IMG/VR virus record: IMGVR_UViG_3300001765_000038
Span: 1-64,000 of that record
DNA length: 64,000 nucleotides
DNA from: a virus
Taxonomy: Duplodnaviria > Caudoviricetes
Direction: 5' to 3' (one strand)
The notes below the pieces were generated by a model. It did no database searches and was not told the origin of the DNA. It worked only from the letters and a program-made list of their open reading frames with translations. How positions within the stretch are numbered: the first letter of the stretch is position 1; every line of letters starts with the position of its first letter. Positions 17,726-26,610 of this stretch are shown piece after piece. The position numbers and the translations under genes were made by a program.

Positions 17726-20700
17726 TATAACACCATTATCACTCTAAGATTTTTAATTCGCGGAACCGCAGATGTATTAGTAGATCTTAGATCTACTTTA
17801 ATTTCTAATTTATCATATATGTCGATAGAATTGCTAAAATTAAAGTCAAATCTCTTTTCAATGAATTCATTGCTGTTGTTTGTCACTTTAACGTTAATAC
17901 CTCGTGAATCATTATAAATTGTATTACCAAGTGTCCAAACTGCATTATTAAATTCATAATCACCACGACATTTTTTATAATAGATTCTTATCTCAGATCC
18001 ATATGGTAAGTTATAATCATAAAACAATATGAAGCCATCAACGGGAGTTTGCAAAGATATAACTTGCGAACAATAACTTGCTGAATTAGTATTATAATTT
18101 ATTGAAGCTGAATCAGTATAAAAATCATAACTGTAAGCTACAATATCGGCCGTAATTGATTCATAAATCATGTCACTATCATTTCTCACATATAATATTA
18201 AATCAGTACCAGTATTTACCTTATTTATTATTAACATCTGAATACCATCATTAGAAACAGTATTTTCAAATTCTAATGTTTGTCCAACTTTTGCTTTATG
18301 ATAAATTTCAGCTGCTGAAGTACAAACAATAGCGCTTGCTGTAGAATTAAATAGTAATGATACCGAGCCAGAATATAAAATATTTTTATCAATAGGTTTG
18401 TTAGTATCAAAATCATAATTATCTATCTTATTTGAAATCGCATTTACTGAGAAAGTAGAAAGATCTATAATAGGTGATAAATCTGGGTTCTTAGAATATA
18501 ACAAGGCATTTAATGTAAATGATTTTTTACCAGTCAATAATCTATCTTCATTTTCTTTTGATAACACCCAACCAGGTTCTGTTAAATAAGCACTTCTTTC
18601 AAGTTCAATTTTTTGATATGTATTTTCTTTAACTCTAGAATCATTTGTTTTTGCAAACGAATAATCAATGTAAGTTCCAAGTAATACAAAATCATTGCCA
18701 TCTAAATATAATACATCATATTTCTTATTACCCATCATATACAATGAGTCATCACCACTCCAAGTTGAAGCAGTTGCAGCTGCAATATTAATAATGAATG
18801 AATCTGTAGTTGCGTCATTTACTGCAAACAGCATATTGTCTGGATTGGCAAAACTAGACGAAACAGCTTGTAGAGATGTATTTTCATTAGCATTAAATTT
18901 AACATAATCACCGTTAATCAAACCGTGACTTTCATGTAATACTCTTGCTTGTGTGAGACCGACAGATGTTTTTATAGGATCAATAATCATTTTATCAGCA
19001 TTAAAATAGTTATTGTTTAGATATACTGTTCCTGCACCGCTTATATCAAATTGAGCTTTATACAGAGTAAAGCATAAATCTTGCATTTGATATGCAGTCC
19101 ATGATGATCCATTCTGTGATTGCAACATAGTACCTAAAGTGGGCTGTTTAACACACATGTTTCCGTATATATCTAATTCTCCTAATTCTGAAGTCCATAC
19201 AGTAACTCCATTATCCATCACATAATTAGAACCTATCACTATACAATATTCTGTTTCATTTTTCAAAAATACAGGTGCATTGAATGTGAATGTAGTTGAT
19301 ACTAATTTAGTGGAAGAATAATTTAATTCATCTGCATTTTTAACAACCGTGCTCATTGGAATTGCTTGAATAGCTGGATAACCATTGACCATTTCACGTA
19401 GTTCAACAAACACTGGATAAGCATTCTGTTTCACATTGTAAAAATATAAATCTACTTTTGTGACAAAAATACCAGCTCCAAACGAATCAACCACAAATGA
19501 TTGTGCTAATGGATCACCACCGCCACCACCGTCACCACCGCCACCACCGCCATCAATAAAATCAGCTAATATAGTTGAAATACTACTGCGAGCTGTAGCA
19601 GTTGTTGGAGGTGGTGATCCAAATATAGACGGTGCAACAGTAGGTGCTGGTGTTGGTGCAGGAGTAAAAGCAGAAGTTGTGATACTTGAAACATTAGTAG
19701 ACGATGTTGTCCAATTTTCTTGTACAACTTGAGACTGTTGAAGTTCAACATCAACTATATTTGCATTTTTAACTGATAATATGTCTGTCTGTGTAGTAAA
19801 TGATAATCCATGAGGATCGTAAGTAGCAACAGCACTTGTAACTGAATTGACTATATTCTTGTTATCACGAATCTGAATATTAACTATTTGTGCTAAAAAT
19901 TTTATATTGTCGTTATTTGGAAAAACCAATACACCGTATACTGATCCAGAAGGACTTGATACAAATGCGTCTTTAGTAATACTTGAAATTGTGACATATG
20001 CTTTAGACGTAAGACCAGTAACAGTTTCACCTTCTAAAAATGTTCCTTGTATATTTGTCACTTTAAGATTGTCATATTCATCTGTCAATAGAATAGCAGT
20101 TGCTTTAGATGTAGATCCAACAACAATCTCACCTCTATCTAGAATATCATAACTATTTGGACCATATTGACGATATTCTAGATTAGTTTGAGAAATAGGT
20201 GAATTCAAATAATTTAAAAATTCGCCTACCTTACCAGTATATGCTAATGAATAAGCAGTATCAACATAATCAGTAACTTCAATATTATCAATATATGCAT
20301 ATAGTTGATAATTGGGTAAAAAGTTTTGACCATAAAACACGATTACTTTTTGTCTTGCATAAACATCCCAAACGGTGTTTTGAATTCCAGTAATTCTACC
20401 TAATTCATCTTGTCTTTCTTGAGCAACTGTTTCTGTACCAAGTTTCAACTGTGATACATTATTAATTCCATCAATTGTAGTTACTGTAGTTGTAGTACGA
20501 GTGGTTGTTGTTGTGGTACCTGCAATTGTTGTTGATGAAGATACACTATTTGTTGAACTTGAATCTATACTTGTCTTTGATGATGCTATTACTCTAGCAG
20601 TATCTTTCCAAGCACCCCAAACAGTTTTGAGAATTCCTAATCTTTGTGCTGCTTGTTGTAACGAATTATAATTACCATCATTCAATTGATTAACATCTGG

Positions 20701-23700
20701 TAATGATTCACTATCAATCCATGTATCATAAGAAGGAAATATATTTAATGATCCAGTACGTTTCTTAAGAGTTGAAAATGGAGTGACACTGTTAGGTGTT
20801 GTTGCAATTTTGTTTGATGATACCACAGCATCAATAAATGGTAATGTTACTAGATCACCTGTTACTTGATAATGTCTTGCTTTTCTCAATTCTGGTGAAT
20901 CTTCTATTAAGTTTATATTAGCAACAGAATATGTTGGTCGGCATTCTTGTGTGTCGTAATCGATTGCAGCTTTAAAACCTGGATCAGTCACGTTTGCTCT
21001 TGAATGATCAACAAATGTATCAATAAAGAATCCAGATTTAAATCTAGATAAACCATTTTCATCATAAACAGTAGATGACTCAACTGAATTTGCGGCAGAC
21101 ATTGATAAACTCAAAACAGCATTGTTTAACCGCTTATCAATAGAACCAATAGCCCGCATGGTATAACCATTCATTCTTATTTCATCTAATTTTATATTTT
21201 TCGTAACGTCGATGATATATGGATCTAATGATATTTTAGCTATCGATGTATAAGTGGGCAGTGCTGTTGGAACTATAGGCATGTCACTCGCATTACCGTT
21301 AGTAACTCGTAATGATCCAATGTCTCCCACTTGAAGAATATCATATCTTGGTAGATAATATTGATATGCTACTTCAATATCAAAATTTGATGATAGCGGT
21401 TCTGTTACAGAAGCATTATTAAGTGTACCATCAGTAACAACTGTTGATTTTGTAGAACTAAATGATGTGTTCTTATTGAGAACATAATTTCCATTTCCAT
21501 CAATGCCCACATCAGAACTTTTAATTTGTAATGCTAATACATGATTATCATATCCTGATATATCACTCCAAACGCTCAATGTATCTAATTGAATTGGGCT
21601 AGATCTACTTATTGTTGAATTAATACCTAATTGACCCGCCCAGTTACTTCCCCATACCCACATTGTACCATTATTTTTGATTGCATATACAGAACCCCAA
21701 TTAGTACCAATTTTATTCCAATCATTTAATGAACCAACTTGACATGGAGAAGATTGTGTAATAAGGTTGTTGCGACCTAATTGACCATATTCATTTCTAC
21801 CCCACGCCCATAATGTATTATCATTTTTGATTGCAAATACTGAATTCCAATCTTGTGTAACTGATTTCCAATCACATAAACTTCCAATCTGTACAGGAAC
21901 AGATTTGCTTGTTGGAAATTCTGTACTAAATTTCCCATCATTATCAAAACCCCAACCCCATAAAGTACCATTTGTTTTAATAGCAAAAAATGAAGATGCA
22001 TATGCATTTTCACTTAATGTTCCCCAATCACTCATTGTACCTACTTGTGTTGGTGATGAACGATTATTAGTATCTCCTAATCCCAAATCACCGTACACAT
22101 TATATCCACAAATCCATAAAGTGTTATCATCTTTAATTGATGCCCATGATGCATAACTACAAGTAATTTTATTCCAATCACTCATTGTACCTACTTGTGT
22201 TGGTGATGAAAGATCTATATTTGATCCTTGACCTAATGATCCATATCCATCATATCCCCAAGTCCACAATGTTCCGTTAGTTCTTTTTGCTAATGCAAAC
22301 AGATAACCGGCCGTAACTTTCTCCCAATTTCTTAAATTTTCGTTTGGATCAGAATCTAAACTTGCCATATCGCATGTTAAATTTACTGCTGTGCCGAGCA
22401 TTGTGGGAGAAGATAAATTATAATCAGTTGTTCCGTGTCCTAACTTTCCATGTGAATCATAACCCCATGACCATAATGACCCATCTTTTTTAATTGCATA
22501 TGATGCAGCACCGCCCGCAACAATTTGTGACCAATCTGCTAATGATCCTATCTGTACAGGTGATGATTTGAAACTTATTGAATTATCACCAAGTTGGCCA
22601 TGTATATTATAACCCCAAGCATGTAAAGGTGATGTTGTTGCTTTTCTAATATAATTTGTTGAACTTGATGAATCATTAGCAATATCTTCTGGCGGTGTAA
22701 CACCATCTGCACTAATTTCTAATGCTAAACTAGCAGCAACTGGTCTAAAATCTAAATAATCACTAATCAATTTGCCTTTATACACAGGCATTTTTTCTAA
22801 TGGAAGATTATATGAATCAACTGACATATAATCACCATCTGAATGTTCATAATAATTGAAAGTTATTTGAATAGGTGCAGCTGGTTCAAAACTGTTAATA
22901 CTTGTTATAATACTGTTGTCATAATAGAAATCATTTATATTCGGTGACAGACGGTATTTGTCTGTAATATCTAATTCATTAAGCGCTGAATATTCAACAA
23001 AAGTATTTCTAAAATTTAAATTAAATTTTGCACCACCTGATTCTCTTATAGAAAGAATCGAAATCACATCAGGTGTACCCAAATCAATTTCTGATTTATG
23101 CACACTGTTTAATGTATTAAAATAAACTGTTTTTATTTTTTTAGTTTTTGTTTTTTCTTTTACTGATTGTTTGCTCTTTTTGACTGGTACAATTGCTCTA
23201 TACATTGTATCTGGGTTCAGATTTTTAAATGTAACTTGTTTAAAATCTGAACTAAGAATCATATTATCACTTGAAGGAACTGGATTAGCAGTAAGTGAGT
23301 TATCAATCAATGCAATATGTGGTAAATCAGTACCTTGTAAATATAATGCATATCCATCCATGAATGCATTTTGAATATCAATCAATGATGTAATTTGAGC
23401 AGGACTTGAACGATCAACAATATCACCTAAACCCAATTGCCCAGTATCATTATAACCACAAGTCCAAACTGTATTATCATTTTTAATAAGCATTGATGAA
23501 TATGTGCTAGCGTCTGCAGACGCCCAATCACTTAAAAATCCTACTTGGGTTGGCGCTGAACGATGAACAATATCATCTATTCCTAACTGACCATAATCAT
23601 TTCTTCCCCACGCCCATGCAGTTCCATCAGTTTTTGTTACTATCGTCTGACCATAACCACAAGCAACTTTATTCCAATTACTTAATGTTCCTACTTGTGT

Positions 23701-24792
23701 AGGGCTTGAGCGTTCTATAATATCTTTTAGTCCTAACTGACCATATAAATTATAGCCCCAAGTCCATAACGTATTATTGGTTTTAACTGCTACAGAAAAA
23801 TCATGAGTTGCTATTTGACGCCAATTACTTAATGTTCCTACTTGTGTGGGAACAGATACACTAAAAGCTGAACTTAACCCAAGTTGACCGTTCCATCCAT
23901 TACCCCACATCCATAAAGTACCATTAGATTTAATCGCACTAACTGTATCCCACCAACAACTTATTTTTGCGCCAGACCAATTATTTAATATACCAACTTG
24001 TGTTGGTGATGAATGATCAACATCTAAAGTACCGAGACCAAGACAGCCATTGTTATCATCACCAGAAGTCCATAAAGTGCCATCAGTTCTAATAGCAAAA
24101 AATCCATGCCAGCTAGTTGTAACATACGTCCAATCACTTAATGTTCCCACTTGTGTAGGTGATGATCTATCAGTATCGCCAGCATCACCCAAACCCAAAT
24201 GCCCTTTAAAATTATAACCACAATTCCACATCGTACCGTCGGATTTAATTATTGAATTTACATATCCGCAAGAAACACTTGTCCATTTATCTTGACCAAA
24301 CATAATCATCACTGGGGCAGATCTATCATTAAGATCACCAAGACCTAATGATCCATAATATTGATTATATCCACATGTAAATAACCCAGGTGCACCTGAA
24401 ACTGGTTGATAACTTTTTCCATCTTTATTATCAACTTTTCCTACTAAATATAAATTAGGATTTGATGAAGGAAAATTCTCGTCTATATTATGTAAAACAA
24501 TAGATAATTCACCAGTTGCGGAACTTTTAAGTTGATATGAACGATTGACACAATAAGAAATTTGTGTTTGATCATTATCGTCCTTTAGAGTTTTAACATA
24601 TGGATGTTGTAAATCTCGTAAAAAATTAGAATCACCTTGTAACTTTACATCCTTTTTCCAAAAATATGGAACATTAGGTAAAACTGAGTTTGCAGTATTA
24701 GTATCATTTATTTTGGTAGTTGGAATAATAGCATTTCCATAAGAATCAATACCAAACTTTTTTACTTTATAATAATCAACTTTTTTTGCCAT
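17725..24792 (-). CDS. C-terminal part of the second DUF4815/VrlC-like virion protein, with two inserted RCC1-like 7-blade propellers
   Basis: Colinear with the latter ~70% of 26611..33072 (YLDFRP, YYLPRYD, ENGLSRFKSGFFID, DPLAQSF, VPRIKNLRVI); RCC1-like repeats at about 23330-24392 and 21525-22630. Confidence 0.85.
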   Translation of the reverse strand: MAKKVDYYKVKKFGIDSYGNAIIPTTKINDTNTANSVLPNVPYFWKKDVKLQGDSNFLRDLQHPYVKTLKDDNDQTQISYCVNRSYQLKSSATGELSIVLHNIDENFPSSNPNLYLVGKVDNKDGKSYQPVSGAPGLFTCGYNQYYGSLGLGDLNDRSAPVMIMFGQDKWTSVSCGYVNSIIKSDGTMWNCGYNFKGHLGLGDAGDTDRSSPTQVGTLSDWTYVTTSWHGFFAIRTDGTLWTSGDDNNGCLGLGTLDVDHSSPTQVGILNNWSGAKISCWWDTVSAIKSNGTLWMWGNGWNGQLGLSSAFSVSVPTQVGTLSNWRQIATHDFSVAVKTNNTLWTWGYNLYGQLGLKDIIERSSPTQVGTLSNWNKVACGYGQTIVTKTDGTAWAWGRNDYGQLGIDDIVHRSAPTQVGFLSDWASADASTYSSMLIKNDNTVWTCGYNDTGQLGLGDIVDRSSPAQITSLIDIQNAFMDGYALYLQGTDLPHIALIDNSLTANPVPSSDNMILSSDFKQVTFKNLNPDTMYRAIVPVKKSKQSVKEKTKTKKIKTVYFNTLNSVHKSEIDLGTPDVISILSIRESGGAKFNLNFRNTFVEYSALNELDITDKYRLSPNINDFYYDNSIITSINSFEPAAPIQITFNYYEHSDGDYMSVDSYNLPLEKMPVYKGKLISDYLDFRPVAASLALEISADGVTPPEDIANDSSSSTNYIRKATTSPLHAWGYNIHGQLGDNSISFKSSPVQIGSLADWSQIVAGGAASYAIKKDGSLWSWGYDSHGKLGHGTTDYNLSSPTMLGTAVNLTCDMASLDSDPNENLRNWEKVTAGYLFALAKRTNGTLWTWGYDGYGSLGQGSNIDLSSPTQVGTMSDWNKITCSYASWASIKDDNTLWICGYNVYGDLGLGDTNNRSSPTQVGTMSDWGTLSENAYASSFFAIKTNGTLWGWGFDNDGKFSTEFPTSKSVPVQIGSLCDWKSVTQDWNSVFAIKNDNTLWAWGRNEYGQLGRNNLITQSSPCQVGSLNDWNKIGTNWGSVYAIKNNGTMWVWGSNWAGQLGINSTISRSSPIQLDTLSVWSDISGYDNHVLALQIKSSDVGIDGNGNYVLNKNTSFSSTKSTVVTDGTLNNASVTEPLSSNFDIEVAYQYYLPRYDILQVGDIGSLRVTNGNASDMPIVPTALPTYTSIAKISLDPYIIDVTKNIKLDEIRMNGYTMRAIGSIDKRLNNAVLSLSMSAANSVESSTVYDENGLSRFKSGFFIDTFVDHSRANVTDPGFKAAIDYDTQECRPTYSVANINLIEDSPELRKARHYQVTGDLVTLPFIDAVVSSNKIATTPNSVTPFSTLKKRTGSLNIFPSYDTWIDSESLPDVNQLNDGNYNSLQQAAQRLGILKTVWGAWKDTARVIASSKTSIDSSSTNSVSSSTTIAGTTTTTTRTTTTVTTIDGINNVSQLKLGTETVAQERQDELGRITGIQNTVWDVYARQKVIVFYGQNFLPNYQLYAYIDNIEVTDYVDTAYSLAYTGKVGEFLNYLNSPISQTNLEYRQYGPNSYDILDRGEIVVGSTSKATAILLTDEYDNLKVTNIQGTFLEGETVTGLTSKAYVTISSITKDAFVSSPSGSVYGVLVFPNNDNIKFLAQIVNIQIRDNKNIVNSVTSAVATYDPHGLSFTTQTDILSVKNANIVDVELQQSQVVQENWTTSSTNVSSITTSAFTPAPTPAPTVAPSIFGSPPPTTATARSSISTILADFIDGGGGGGDGGGGGDPLAQSFVVDSFGAGIFVTKVDLYFYNVKQNAYPVFVELREMVNGYPAIQAIPMSTVVKNADELNYSSTKLVSTTFTFNAPVFLKNETEYCIVIGSNYVMDNGVTVWTSELGELDIYGNMCVKQPTLGTMLQSQNGSSWTAYQMQDLCFTLYKAQFDISGAGTVYLNNNYFNADKMIIDPIKTSVGLTQARVLHESHGLINGDYVKFNANENTSLQAVSSSFANPDNMLFAVNDATTDSFIINIAAATASTWSGDDSLYMMGNKKYDVLYLDGNDFVLLGTYIDYSFAKTNDSRVKENTYQKIELERSAYLTEPGWVLSKENEDRLLTGKKSFTLNALLYSKNPDLSPIIDLSTFSVNAISNKIDNYDFDTNKPIDKNILYSGSVSLLFNSTASAIVCTSAAEIYHKAKVGQTLEFENTVSNDGIQMLIINKVNTGTDLILYVRNDSDMIYESITADIVAYSYDFYTDSASINYNTNSASYCSQVISLQTPVDGFILFYDYNLPYGSEIRIYYKKCRGDYEFNNAVWTLGNTIYNDSRGINVKVTNNSNEFIEKRFDFNFSNSIDIYDKLEIKVDLRSTNTSAVPRIKNLRVIMVL

Positions 24793-24802
24793 GGTTTTTA
24801 AC

Positions 24803-26602
24803 CTATATTAAATCTGTATATACAACGAATGGATCGCCTGGGCTTAATTCAGCATTTAAATCGTTTCCTTCACCTGTAAATGCAGCAGTATACGAGGTAG
24901 GACCAGAACCAAAATTATATTGCCATAATCCACCTGGCAATTGAGTAACATTTCCTAAAATTTCTGCGTAAAATGTACCATCTGGTGCTCTAATTGATCT
25001 AGCATCTTTGTTCAAATTATAATTTTGATCAATCTTTAAATCAAAGATATATGCTTTATATGTTGCAACTGAAGATGAGACATATAATGTTGTTGGGTCA
25101 ATTTCTCCAAACGTTTCGGTATTATATTCAAAATTTCTAATTTTACAAACACCTATCGGTAAATCATTATAACTATATATGACATGATTAATTAGTGCTC
25201 TATTATTTTCATCTATATTTGTTAAAACTGGCAACCCTCTAACCCCAGTAACGATCAAATATTGACCAACTGGGCTTGTTAAAAAGTAATTATTAGATTG
25301 TTTGAAATCTCTAGTTTTATCTATTGGTGCTAATTTAAAGCCATTGGTTACATCAACTTCTTTACCCTTGATATACATTTTGCCGCCAGAAACTTTAACT
25401 AAAGCGACCTTTGATCTATATAATTCATCTTCTAATGTTAAATTATCTGTATGAGGATAATATCCATTATTGTATTTTGGATTAGAAACACAAACCCAAT
25501 TAATTGATCCATCTAAAATTTCATTTACTTTTATGACTGGAATTGTAGATCCAGAAACACCATCATTGAGTGCTACTAAATTATACGTTATATCATTTTG
25601 GGTGATAGTAATAACATCATCCATTAAATATGGAGTTGCTGCTAACCAATCTCCTCTATTGTTATTTCTATATTCAATGAACTCATATTTTATAGGTTTT
25701 AAAATATAATCACCAGATTCGTCATATGTGCGTCTAGATAAAATAGTACCTAATTGGCCAAGTTCAGTTTTATCTACTATAGTTTGAACTTCACCATCTT
25801 TAACACTTAATAGTGGAATAAAATTTGTATTAGTTAAATCTGAAAAATAATCATATTTAGTCAATACTAAATCTATATGCATTCTATCAGCACCGACCGC
25901 AACTGGATTGTTAAATCCTGCTGAATTATCATATAAAGAAGAATCATCTGATACTGTAACTATTGATGTAACTACATCAAATCCTACAACATAAGAAGGT
26001 CTTTTATCAAATTTATTGAGCGATATAGTTTGTTTTCTATTTTGAACAAAGTATCCGTTTATATAATAAACACCACTTATAACTGTTGCTAAAGAACTAT
26101 TTGATTCAAAATCATCTACATTTTTAATTGAAACATATCTACTTTTATCTTCAATATATAATAATTCTTCTGTTCCATATGTTCTTACTAATTCTCCTTC
26201 TGGAGTGGTACCACCTGACCGATAAAACACATATAACATAGGTGGATCAGTATCAGTAGCTTTATCAGCATGCACAACATATGCATTTATTCCAGTTATT
26301 GAACTTATTATATTTTTACCAATAAATTCTTCTATGTAATTAGATACTGCTAACCCATTATAAAATTCATTCAATTTTATACCGAATGTATTGGGTTCAT
26401 ATGATACGTTTCCAGGAAATACCATTGCTCCATTACTAAAAGTAAAATCAGCAACTCTTTTTAATTGCTCTTGAATACCCGATTGCAACTGAGTAAGTTC
26501 TCGAGACTGGAGTGCAGTACTTGGATTGAATATTATTTTATGATAATTTTTAGATACATCATAATCATCATAATATGGAGCTTCTGAATAAATTTTAGTC
26601 AT
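24803..26602 (-). CDS. N-terminal part of the second DUF4815/VrlC-like virion protein
   Basis: APYYDDYD..KNYHKIIF, LQSRELTQLQS, GVYYINGYFV, RRTYDESGDY; colinear with the first ~580 aa of 26611..33072. Confidence 0.85.
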   Translation of the reverse strand: MTKIYSEAPYYDDYDVSKNYHKIIFNPSTALQSRELTQLQSGIQEQLKRVADFTFSNGAMVFPGNVSYEPNTFGIKLNEFYNGLAVSNYIEEFIGKNIISSITGINAYVVHADKATDTDPPMLYVFYRSGGTTPEGELVRTYGTEELLYIEDKSRYVSIKNVDDFESNSSLATVISGVYYINGYFVQNRKQTISLNKFDKRPSYVVGFDVVTSIVTVSDDSSLYDNSAGFNNPVAVGADRMHIDLVLTKYDYFSDLTNTNFIPLLSVKDGEVQTIVDKTELGQLGTILSRRTYDESGDYILKPIKYEFIEYRNNNRGDWLAATPYLMDDVITITQNDITYNLVALNDGVSGSTIPVIKVNEILDGSINWVCVSNPKYNNGYYPHTDNLTLEDELYRSKVALVKVSGGKMYIKGKEVDVTNGFKLAPIDKTRDFKQSNNYFLTSPVGQYLIVTGVRGLPVLTNIDENNRALINHVIYSYNDLPIGVCKIRNFEYNTETFGEIDPTTLYVSSSVATYKAYIFDLKIDQNYNLNKDARSIRAPDGTFYAEILGNVTQLPGGLWQYNFGSGPTSYTAAFTGEGNDLNAELSPGDPFVVYTDLI

Positions 26603-26610
26603 TAAAAACC

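Noticed and set aside
24803-24805. Stop-codon reassignment (TAG readthrough) to join the split gene
   Set aside because: Readthrough stays in the wrong frame and stops after VKNHGKKS; other genes are intact under code 11, and TAG also ends 9309..9908
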